A DNA stretch of 64,000 nucleotides, from NCBI GenBank assembly GCA_022813865.1, contig JALDZX010000008.1:1-64000 (forward strand), given 5' to 3'. The stretch comes from Xylographa opegraphella. Lineage: Eukaryota. Below, piece by piece: positions 24,563 through 35,743 of the stretch (positions within the stretch are counted from its first letter, which is position 1; every line of letters begins with the position of its first letter). The translations under genes were made by a program, and so were the position numbers. A model generated the notes under the pieces. It searched no databases. It worked only from the letters and a program-made list of their open reading frames with translations, and was not told the DNA's origin.

Positions 24563-27500
24563 TCAATGAATGCTCATCAATAGCTTTCTGTTCTTCTTCA
24601 ACAATCCATTCAGTCTCTTCTCTAAAGCTTCGGTTTCTTTCCTGGCAGCCGTCAAAGCACGTTCTGCCTCATGTGCAGTCATGGAGGGCTGTCTGTTCTG
24701 CCCCCCGCCGATGCTTGCAGTGTCCATTGTGGTATCAACTTCCCAGAACTTTTCAAGCGGTACGTCTACTTGCTTGTCTCGCGGCGAAGCGGCCGCAAAT
24801 CTATCATGGAATAGAGGGGCGATTTCTCCAGGCATTGTTGCGTGTTCTCCATTTGGCAATTTTGTAACAGCGGACTCTCCGTTGAAACCAATCGCCTGTG
24901 GTAGATCCGAGTTCAGCCAACGCTCGATACTGTGACGATTCGAATGAAAATCGGCTGGCCCGTTTGCCTGCAGTGTTTGAGATCTTAAATTCCTGTACCG
25001 CTCGGCTTGCTCCTGGGAAAAGCCTCGAAGAACTCGCCGGTTGGGCAAAACAACCGCGTATTTATTTGTTGTCAGTTTTATACAAATACTTTTGCCTTGA
25101 TCGAGAAGCCGGCGTTGTGCATCAGAAATTGGTGGCACTCTATCTGTCTCAGAGAGATCGATCTCATCCAGTTCAAAGCGATGATTGACGCCAGTAACAT
25201 TCCGGAATAGATCCAAAGCGCTGGAGACAATCTCTCCGGCTTTCTGGAGTTCAGCAAATATAGCTGCAGCAGATAGCTGGTTCTTCCGGGATTTGTCCAT
25301 AAGCTCATTAGGAGTTTCTGGTGCAATTTCGGAAAGCTCCTCTTCCACTACTTTTTCGTTGTTCTCATGCTTTGCCCTTTTTCTGCTCGAGGATGCTGGC
25401 CTTCCCTCCCTGGGGTCGACTGTTATGGCTGTGTTTGCATGATCTTGGGTCGGTTCGTCGTGTCGATATGTTGATGGCAATCCACTGCCTGTAGCCAAAG
25501 AATCCGTCGACATCTGTAGCTTAGATTTCTTCGTCTTTTTCTTCCGTCCAACGATTGGCGCCTGCACTGGCTCATTGTGTAATGTAGAAAAAGTAGTTGA
25601 TTCCGTAGTTTGTCGACTATCTTCTATGTTCCGAGCACGCGCCTGCCGCTCTTTCTTTTGCTGGCTTTTAGTATTGAGACGTACAGGAGCTGATCCTACC
25701 TTGCCGATGGGCGGAGAACCTGGACGAGAAAGTGAAGTCGACGTAAGCGACATATTATCAGAAACCGTATCATTGGCCGGAGTGTCCGGTTGATACAGGG
25801 AATTGAGGCTTGGTTGACGCGACAATCTACGATTCGTCATACCCACTGGTGTAGATACCGTGGTAGCAAGCGAAGGCTGTCTCGGAGGCGTTTCGACTCT
25901 TGTTGCTTCTGGTTTTGGCGTCTGGACAACACGAATGATACGAGGCGGTGCTTGGCGGTGAAGAGGAGAAGCAGAAGACTGTGAAAATGCGATCCCTGGT
26001 GTTCCAGGCTGTGATGACCCGGACATGTTATTTCGAACTGATTTACTTGGTGTGACTGTTATCACAGGGTCTACCGAAGACATCATCTGCTCGACATGCC
26101 TCTTTGAAGCGTCCTTAGCCGCTGTAATGTCCAACTTCCCAGGTCTTTGCCGTTTCTCTGGAAGGCTAGGTTTCTTTTCAGTCTTTTTCGGAAGCTTGTC
26201 ATCGTGGGTGGTTATAGCAGTTTCACTTTCTCTAACATGGATTTCGTCGGTATCTTGAGACACCAATGTCGCCCTGGAAACATCATTCTCATCATTTGGT
26301 CGTGATTGTAATGGCTCATTATCGTCATTAGTTATGCCTTTTGTGGCAGAACCAACGTTGTCATTCGTGACCGCTTCAGGTTTCGCTTTCCCGGAAAATT
26401 TCTGAACGGCACTACTATCTTGTATTGGCGGTCTTTGGTCTGCTAAGAGAACTTGATTTACGGATGGCTTGAGTGGAGTTACGGGAGTAATCGTTGAGCT
26501 AATTGCCTTGGATGTGCTAGCCAGCTTTTGAGGTGTTGCAAGAGGCGGGAAGTCTTCAGTTGAGGAGAATCCCGGGGGAGTTGAGATGGTGGCAGCTGCA
26601 GGGATCCTCGGAAGTTCCTCTTTGGTAGGAAGAATGGCTGGAGTCGTGTGAGTTTCGGAAATTGCGTTTTCTGAGCTTTCGATGGCATTTGGATCACGAG
26701 ACCCTAATAGGAAACAACAAATTAGCTAGGTGGTGCAAGCAAACTAAGGCGGAACAACGAAAACACTCGGGCCGTAAAACCATAGGAACCTCGCATAACA
26801 GCAACGTAAAGAATCTTGCTGTGATGAATTATCAAGAGCCAGTTACATCATTAGAGATATTATTGTCGTTCTCGTCATGGTATGATACGATAGTAGGTCT
26901 ATGATGGCGTATACAATGTAAGAAAAGGATTTGGTACATTGCTACCTAATTGCAGGTAGGGAAGGGGTATTAACGTACATCAGAACTGGCCATGACGAGA
27001 AAAACTTAGTAAACCAGGTGGGACAGTAGCCAATCGTTCCTCAATAACAGCTCAGTGAAAGGAGATCCCATTATGCGCAGTACGGATGAAGAGTGGTGAT
27101 AGATGCCCATATTAGACACCAACCGCGGCTCTTCGTTTGAAGCCCTGAACACCAGCCAGGGATTTCCCAAACTTTTCGTACCATGCATCATGCTTCGCTA
27201 GATGGGGAATGATATCCATACGAGTACTCCGGGATAGGACCAACGCAGGAAGAAGGAACTCTGAGATATGCTGTGGCCAGATCTGAAGCATCAGGTAGAC
27301 AAAACGTCTACCATCTGCCCCCAAATCCACCTCCGTACATCATATTGTGTGAACTGTACCCACCTTGACCCTGTGTGCCACCGTATTGCCCCTGCCCAGC
27401 GACACCGTGGTGTACTCTAGCTTGAAGTATGCTCGGGTCCGCAAGATCGACTATTCCACCTCCCCCAGAGGAGGAAGTGTTAGCATGTCTGTGCTTCTTT

Positions 27501-30114
27501 CCCTTCTTCTTCTGCTTCAGATGACCTTGATCTTGATGGCCATTATAGGCGCCAAGCGGAGGCCCATAAAGCGAGCTTTGAAGACCAGGGGCAGGGGAGG
27601 TGGTGGAGGTCGCACGCTTCGGCAAGAAAGAAGGGAACGTAAACTCACGCTTTCCGACATCGGTTCCCAATCCATTACCAATTCCACTTCGCCCTCGAAG
27701 GAAGTCCCTCATAAGGTCATCATTACTGTTTTTACCTCCGAAATTGCTCCCTCCTAAACCTAGACTACCACCCATTGCACTGGCAAATCCGTGACCTTGC
27801 CCGAACATTCCTCCACCACTAATGGGAGGGGTTCCGCTAGATTTAAGTCCAGGAGGTGGGCCTTGCACCCCGCTGTAAAAGTTCGTACGCAAGTTCGGCG
27901 GTTGTGAAGGTTGACTCGTGAACGGCTTCGACAGCTGTGGTGGCATCATGGCCGACTGCTGCGCCATCAATTGCGCACTTGTGGCTGGTTTCACTATAGC
28001 GGAAGCTGAGGCTGAATCGTTGGCAAATGTGTACCTTGACGCTTGTCGGACGTGTCCCGACAGGGCACTCAGCTGTTGGTTCTGTGCCTGAAAAGGATTG
28101 GACAGTTGTGGTTGATGCAGACTGGAATGACTAGTTATTCCCCGTTGTAAATGTTCATGTACTGCTTCGTGCTGTGGATTATTCGACTTTAGTAAGGATA
28201 TATGATGCTGCTGTTGAGGTGTAAGGCTGCGAGCACCTAGCGTCATGTCTGCAAAATTGTTTGCCATGGATACCTGTCCGTCAAATGGTTGCCCAGGTAT
28301 CCCGAAGCTTCGCTGCTGGAGTATATCACGTTGGACGCTCCCGAGGCGGCCTACCACATCCGTCTGGTGATCTTGGGTTTCTGGCTCTCCTCCGAGCTGT
28401 AAGCTGCCGCTGGCGAGATTGTCATCGTCTTCGACAGTAGACATCGCTTGTAGCATGTTACGCTGTTTCTCTTCCTCATTCAGTTGTTCTTCTTCTCGTT
28501 GAGATTTCATAGCGTAGTGGATAGCACCACCATTCACATCGATGAGAGGGGGATAGTTGTCGATAATGTTTAGGATTTCATCGTCATACATCGTTCGATC
28601 TAACGTCCATTTGAATGAAGAGTTTCTTACAGTCTTGACTGCTCGTTCGAGGCCGAGCAAGGAAGAATGCTGATCTTGGCTGATTGTTATCGTCTTTGCA
28701 GTTTCCTCGAGACTTATTGGACTTTCCTGGATATTGGCTTGTGCTGAGTTTTCAGCAAGTGATGGCGAAGGGTCAGCAGCTTGTCGATTTTCTGTCGAAG
28801 TTGCCAGAAGCTTGGCAGTACTTGTTCTAGGACTCGGCGAAGACTGACTTGCGCCATGACTGGAACGTCTACTCTGCTGTATATGCGGGTTTTTCACCCA
28901 AGTCGCAGTGGTCGGAAGCGCAGAGCCGTCGCCACTATCACTTCTACTCATAGTTCCATCTTTGCTAGTATGCCGAGCCATAGTTTGAGATACTGCAGAC
29001 AGCACAGGTAATGCTTGTTGCGGAGGGGGCTGCGGTTGGGGTGGTGATGGTTGTTGCGCAGGTTTGGTAGATGACGTAGCAATCGTAGAAGACGCGGCTG
29101 GGCGTTGGGTAGAGACTGCGTTCATGGAGGAAAGATCTTGACGGCTGAAGCTGTCGTTATCCTCACCCGTCTCATGAAGAAACATGCAACCCTTGTTGTT
29201 GCAAACCTCATTACGCAAGTAGGCAGAACAATACTTGGTAGTACCATATTGCGCTCTGAGGGCCCCATTAGCTTCTGAAAACAGACAATTAAGAAGAAAT
29301 ACAAACCTTAAAACTCTGTCGCCATTCTGGGATCCGTCAACAGCAGCAATACAGCTTGCAGCGTCTTGCTTTCGTGCGAAAGTAACATATACTCCTATAG
29401 ACTGGCTTCCTCCTGAGCCTTCTTTTGCTTTGCTTACTACAATTTTTATGATTTTGCCATACTGTCCAAAGTATTGATCACCTCGAAGTGTCTGAAGCAA
29501 ATCCTCCTCGCGAATCCTCGGATTAAGACCGACGACGTAAACCAGGTTCTTCTGAACAACTCGCAAACCTGCGAGGTTTTTCCGGCTTGAGGACTCAGCC
29601 TGCCGCCTTTCGGCTTCTTTCTGTCGAGCTGCAGCTTTCTTCCGCGCTTGAAGTGCTACGTCTGCCTTGAATCTTTGCAAGCTTAGTCAACCAGCTTTCA
29701 TGTCACGGCAATATAATTACTGACTCTTCCGGGCTGACTATCTTCCACTCAATATTCTTCTCATCATAGGGTCTTCGGCATGCGGGACAGAGCCCGTTCA
29801 TATTCGTCTTGATGTTGTTGTAGCAAAATTGGCATACCTGTGAAACATCATTAGTTAGACGCGTTGTGTTCCAGGGCAGCACCAATAGCAAATCCCAAGA
29901 ACTTCAAAGGCAGTAAAATTATGGCTTACTTGATATCCGCAAGGACATGGTCGGAAGTTCTTGTCCGACAGATCGAACTCCTCAACGCATAGTGGACTGA
30001 AGTAACAGGTCAGACTGCAGCCAATAGTGAGAATATGTCTCTTTGTTCCAGATCTTACCAAGCATCATCAGAGTCATCCATGAACGTATCCTGCTGAACA
30101 CGTCCGGTCGCCAT
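24563..30114 (-). CDS. NOT4: CCR4-NOT E3 ubiquitin ligase Not4/Mot2 (RING, RRM, C3H1; long splice form)
   Basis: C4C4 RING CPLCVEEFDLSDKNFRPCPCGYQ/CQFC..CPACRRPY, RRM RVVQKNLVYVVGL..YFGQYGKI, GTTKYCSAYLRNEVCNNKGCMFLHE. The unspliced short form ends at 27308; the long form joins the exon 26703-24563. Confidence 0.92.
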
Positions 30115-30459
30115 GTTTGAGATCGTAGGGGACTGGCAATTATGCTCAAGGAGGGTAAGCGCGATGAGGGATGAGAGATACTACAAGGAAGTATGGGCAT
30201 AGGGAGTCATGTAACCGCTCCTAGAAGACCCTAAAACACCGCGCTATGCGTAGCAATACAGATGTGATATGCGTAAAATGTGGTGTTAGTCTTGTGTTGT
30301 AGAACTATGTACTGGAAGTCGAAACTTTAGCGTGCTGCAACATGTGCACAAGACCTTAATTTTCAGCACCTCTTGCAACATCGACGTACGAAGTACCTAG
30401 CTTGTCGAAGTTCAATAGTAGCCAGCACTTCCGAGCAACTCATTCAGGAGCGACCACGG

Positions 30460-31493
30460 ATGACCATGTCAGTACGGCTGAGTACTATAGCGCCAGTACG
30501 CCTAGCGCTACGCTCAGTTGGCAAACATGTAAACGGCTATCAGGCCCGTCAGTTTACCCATAATGCTCGTCGCGCAAAAGACATAGCATCACAAGATAAT
30601 GTTCCAAATATGCGGCATGCCCCACGTCCTCGTAAGTTGGTCCACTACCTAGTGGTCGCTGGATATGCTAATTCTGTATCGTAGCTGGAGGAGTTCTAAA
30701 AGCACCTGTTATTAATCCTGCAGACAAATATGAGGAAAAGGCAACAAGTCTACACACCTATGGCCAATACCTTCTTTCATGCTTGCCCAAGCACATCCAA
30801 CAATTTTCCGTCTGGAAGGATGAGCTCACAATATATATCCCCCCTTCAGGAGTTATTCCAGTGATATCTTTCCTGAAATATCATACTGCAGCCGAGTTCA
30901 CTATGGTTGCGGACATCACGGCGGTCGACTACCCTACAAAGGACCAGCGTTTCGAAGTAGTTTATAACCTGCTTAGTGTTCGTCACAATTCGCGGATACG
31001 GGTCAAGACCTATGCAGATGAGGCTACACCAGTACCAAGTATCACAGGACTCTACGATGGAGCAAATTGGTATGAACGAGAAGTCTACGACTTGTTTGGG
31101 GTATTCTTTGTTGGTCATCCGGATCTAAGGAGAATCATGACGGATTACGGCTTCGATGGACATCCGCTAAGAAAAGACTTTCCTTTGACTGGTTACACTG
31201 AGATTAGATATGACGAGGAGAAGAAGAGGATTGTGGTAGAACCTCTAGAATTAACACAGGCGTTTCGGAATTTCGAGGGTGGTATGTATACCAGGAGCTC
31301 TTCTGGCGTTGATTAGGACTGACCGATAAATAGGCACGGCGGCCTGGGAGCAAGTTGGACTGGGTAAAGATCGAACACCAGAACAGGTATGCCATTTTAT
31401 GATATTGGCTACTCAAATCAAGTGCTTATATTCCAACAGTTTAAGTTACCCACACCAAAGCCGGAAGAGAAGAAGGAGGAGCCAAAGAAGTAA
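30460..31493 (+). CDS. NDUFS3: NADH:ubiquinone oxidoreductase 30 kDa subunit (nuclear Nad9 homologue) with mitochondrial presequence
   Basis: [60 protein letters not shown]. Arg-rich N-terminus; four exons ending at TAA 31491-31493. Confidence 0.96.
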
Positions 31494-31658
31494 TGTAAGA
31501 ACTAAAAATATGATCATAATAGATAACAATGGTTATGTGTGTAAACCAAGTCTATCATTTCATTGACTGTCATGAGCGTGATTTTCATGAACTTGAGATC
31601 GCGCTGAATGCCTAGAACTTGAATCCCACGGACTTAAGATTTTGGTCCGTGTTGTCTT

Positions 31659-32916
31659 TCATACTGCCGCTTTTGGGACCTTTTCCTCAAATACCAATTC
31701 GTCTCTTGCCCATATCAATGCAACTGAACATCCCATAAGTCCAGTCAGGCTTATGAGCAAACCCATCCCTAAGACCAATTTTGTCCATTGATGGAGTGGC
31801 TGCTTCAACCCATAGACATTGAGGAACATGAATGAAGCCCACAGAAATACTGCAATTGAGCCGATCGCCTCGTCGTACTGAAGGAACAGAAGTGCTCCCG
31901 ATCCAATGTTCGGCATCCTAGCGGAAGAAGTAATGGCTACAGGAATGAAAGCTCTTGATGGGCTGAAAACTTTGGCGTATTCCCGTGCGAAGAGACCAGG
32001 AAACAGCAAGGAAGTTACAGTCATTGTTCCAACTACCGTTTGAGTGCCTCCAGCAAACAGAATCAGAAATCCATATATTATTCTCATCGTGTTTCGATTG
32101 TCTTTTCTCGCCTTCTGGCCGATCTCCGGAGCGAGAAAGTCAATGCAGCGCTTAAATACTTGCTGGAATGCCGAAACCCAGATTGGAAAAGCCTGCCAAA
32201 TAGCTAGCCAGGTCTGCTTACTCTCGAAACTTTGCACAGATGGAGCAGGGAGGGAAAGCATCACTGCAGGTACAACAAAGCCAGCGAATAGTGAGAATGG
32301 CAGACTAGCAGTTTGGTGGGAGCTGGTTACAATTGTTCGCCTCGTTGCGAACACTGTGGGGGAAGTTGCAAGGTGCAATGCAAGATGGATTGGCATAATC
32401 ACTGCCCACTGTATTCAAGGTTAATCCGCATTCCAAGACAGCTCACATGTTGGAGTTCTTATACTCACTGATGCATTTTGTATCAGAAATCCCCACACGG
32501 AAACGCTATCACGGCCGTGAATAATTGCGTTCTGGGGATCTGGTAGTCTAAACTTACTAGGAAATAAATCTGCCCTTGTTGCCATTTCTCATACCCTCCA
32601 TTACTACAAGACCCCATCCAGGTACAAACTGAGAGGCAAAACGGAAAACGCCGAGTGATGCGTGTGGCATGCTTCCGTCCACAAGCTGCCAGAAGAACAT
32701 AACAAGCACTGTTAATTGGTAATCAATAACTTCAAAGCCGGTATAAGACTGTTTCAGAGGAGCATCTGTGCCTGGTAAATTGTATGGGCCAAACTTGCGG
32801 ACGTGCTCCATCATTGCTGTTGTCCCGTTGTTCAAAGCCAGTCCCCATGTAAGGTAAGTACCAAGGCCTGACAGCGCTATAAGAGTAGCTTGAAGCAGAA
32901 ATACCGCATTAGGCAT
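31659..32916 (-). CDS. Multi-pass membrane protein resembling the CtvD/AurD/AtmA-like family
   Basis: Hydrophobic three-exon ORF with LKQSYTGFEVIDYQLTVLVMFF, AIWQAFPIWV and FLQYD motifs. Family assigned from memory of these motifs only. Confidence 0.6.
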
Positions 32917-33550
32917 ATTGATAAAGGTTAACAGGTCTGATAGAAGGAAGTACTTGGGAGACACTCAGTGTCAATAATCACGTAACGAGGACTTTTGGTG
33001 ATGACGCTTTCAAGAGCACCAAAGATACCAAACCCAATTACTGCACAGCAGTGTACTGACGCGGCAACAACATCTACTTCAGGTATCGTGCATCCGAAGC
33101 TGATCCGCTGTTGGTGTAGCTCCTATTGAACCTACAAGAGCTTCGTAGCGTATCCTAGTCGCGGCAGGTAAAGAGGACACAAGATTACCCCGTGCTTAGT
33201 TGAGGCTTACCTAGGGGTGGTCACTTTAGCGGGTGCGCTGGGTGACGAAGGATAGTTGTGGTTCGTCCATCCGCGGGTAATTGTGGTTTAACCTCTAATA
33301 AAGAATGAGTTCGGATGATCGGCTTTCAGACACCGGATGCCACGTGATGGCGTGCCATGAGCGTGCCGTTTCACCGATGACTCACGCGCTCCATGCCATT
33401 GCTGCATAGTATGCTTGCAGAGCTGTGGATACAACAATGCCGCTCCAGAAGCTCATCTAAACCACGAGGAGTCAACAAAGCAAACATCTGAAGATAGAGA
33501 GCGTTACAAGAGCCTTGGTAAATTTTTAGAACGTACTTACTACGAGCAAC

Positions 33551-34073
33551 ATGTCGGGCGAATCATCGAAGACGAGATTCAAGAGCGTCTGCCACTGCGG
33601 GCAAGTCCATTCCTGTCATGCGATGTTCTGAAAGACACAATTGATCAACAGCACTTTCGACGCATCAAATACGAGTGCACTGCCAAGCCGGACCTGGACT
33701 CGGGGCTCTCAAGGTCTTGCGCTGCAACTGCACTTACTGTCAAAAATTGAGCACAACCAATCTCCATCTCGATGGCCCCGAGGACTTCAAGCTTCTGAGT
33801 CCAGCCTCCAAGGAAGAAGTCACCGAGTACCCCTTGAGAACGAAATCTGCGTATCGTTATTTCTGCGCGACCTGTGGCGTTCACGTCTGGTCCCAAGGAA
33901 CGTTCGATCTCCAAGGCCAGATATTCCCCTTTTCCGCTGTTAACGCGTGTATTGCCGACCAGCCGCAGGAAGGGTTCGAACTGAGGAAGGTGAAAATTGG
34001 GTATTGGGATGGCTTGAATAACAACTTCGCAGCTGGGCTGAGAGACGGGCCGTGGCTGGGTGGCTTGGTGTAG
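33551..34073 (+). pseudogene. GFA/Mss4-like Zn protein (glutathione-dependent formaldehyde-activating family), frameshifted
   Basis: CHCG...RIKYECTAKPDLDSG / LKVLRCNCTYCQK...RYFCATCGVHVW...YWDG. The two halves are in different frames at the GGGG run 33702-33705. Confidence 0.75.
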
Positions 34074-35093
34074 GTATTTGCTTCATCCGGTCGTTCCAAA
34101 TAGCCTTTTCAAAATGTGGTAGTGAAACTTGACAAATGGCGGCAATATGGGGTACAGGCCCAAAAATGTTAAAGCAATAAATCAAATCGGTGCGAAAGCA
34201 TTGGACATTTGCCACAAGATTGCTGTTTGTTAAACACAGTTAAGGTGGCCCATACTCGAAAGATGGCGTGACAAGCCTGAACGAAGCCTCTGGCAGCAGC
34301 AGACAGCATTTGCCAACTCGATTCACAGAGCAACGCGGCTATCCGGGACTTGGACTACATTCTGTTCTCAAAATCTTCCGTGATATGGCTGGCTTCTTAC
34401 CTTCATACTCGATGTGAGAGGCGGCGAGCAGCACCGATACGGCTTGACTTACGCCAGCATCGCTAGACACCGTCTCGAGGTTGCTGGAGGTTAACTACTA
34501 AACAGGTTCACCGATTCCAATCTGAATCAACTCCAATTCCTGGGAAAGCTTCTCGATACTGACACTCGCGTTCGCCATCTGCACGACGGCTCTGGCCAGC
34601 ACTACCGCCATCTGTCTTTTCTCTGCCTAACGCTTCAGGATGCTATTCGGAACAGGCCTGTGAAACGCAATCCTTGAACGAAAGCTCCAAGTCTTCTCGA
34701 ACGTGTGCAAGACGCAACAGCACCTGGATCCCAGCTGTCCTTTTCGGAGCAGAAGAGGTGATGACCGCTGCGATCAAAGAAGTAGTCCAGTTGAAGGTCG
34801 TTGATTGAGATACACGGCGTTCTGATCGAACGAAAGCGCACGGAAGGAAGCTGACCTTGGGGCAAAATAGCTAAAGTAAAAGTGAAAATATCCAATCCCT
34901 CGGAATTGTGCATGTCCCTCTTGTGTCATAACCGCGTATCTCCTGGAGTATCCGCCGAGTCTACCACAACTATCAGTTCGCAGAGACACCTTCAATATCT
35001 CAATCTCATCCGCCCGGACAGACCGAAACTCACCACTGCACCTACTCAAGCCACAGCCTCCAAGCCACGAAGCGCTTCCCACATGCCTCAAGC

Positions 35094-35620
35094 ATGGCTA
35101 TCTCCGCCCACCACACCACCCAACACTCCTCCTCCGACTTCGTCGAAAGTGCTAACATCATTATTCTAACCTCTCCACCCGCACCATCTACCTCGTCCGC
35201 CTCAAGCCCCGCAGCGAACGGCTGCTCCCCAAAGGCCGCCGAAACTGCGGTAAGTCCCTGCCCGAAGCCGCCCTCCACGAGGCGTGCGAGGAGACAGGCT
35301 ACCGCTACTACCTGCTACCCCTGACGACGGCGACGCGTGCACCACCGGCGGTGGTGAACGGACACTCGCCGGATATAGCGCGGGTGTGCGAGGGGTGACG
35401 GAGCCGTTTATGGTTATGATACTGGGAATAAAAGGCGATAAGGTAAAGATTAAGTTTTGATGGGTGAGTGCGTACTTTTGACGAAACGGAGGGATGGCGG
35501 ATCGAGGTTGAAAGGGAGAAGTTTGATGCCGGTCTGGTCAGATACGAGGACGTGTTGGAGAAGTGGGCGATTCAGGTGGATAGTGGTAAGCATGTATGGG
35601 CTTGGGCTGTGAGCCGTGAG
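35094..35620 (+). pseudogene. NUDIX hydrolase pseudogene
   Basis: MAISAHHTTQHSSSDFVESA / LSTRTIYLVRLKPRSERLLPKGRRNCGKSLPEAALHEACEETGYRYYLLP..TRAPP / VTEPFMV. Degenerate Nudix box, frameshifts near 35160 and 35393, TGA at 35458-35460. Confidence 0.85.
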
Positions 35621-35743
35621 ATGGTTGAGGGCACGGCAATGCCCCGTTTCATTCAGGCAGGTGTTTTGCTTCTTACAGAAACCGTACATATTATAGCAAG
35701 GCTCGCCTACACTGACATTGTGTACTACCTTCTCTTTCCCAGC

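Noticed and set aside
24563..26266. 567-aa ORF as an independent gene
   Set aside because: Non-ATG start, and the frame stays open to the 26704 acceptor in phase with NOT4 donors; treated as the distal NOT4 exon.
34200..34950. Possible additional pseudogene fragments
   Set aside because: Some protein-like stretches, but no motif I can assign in any frame.
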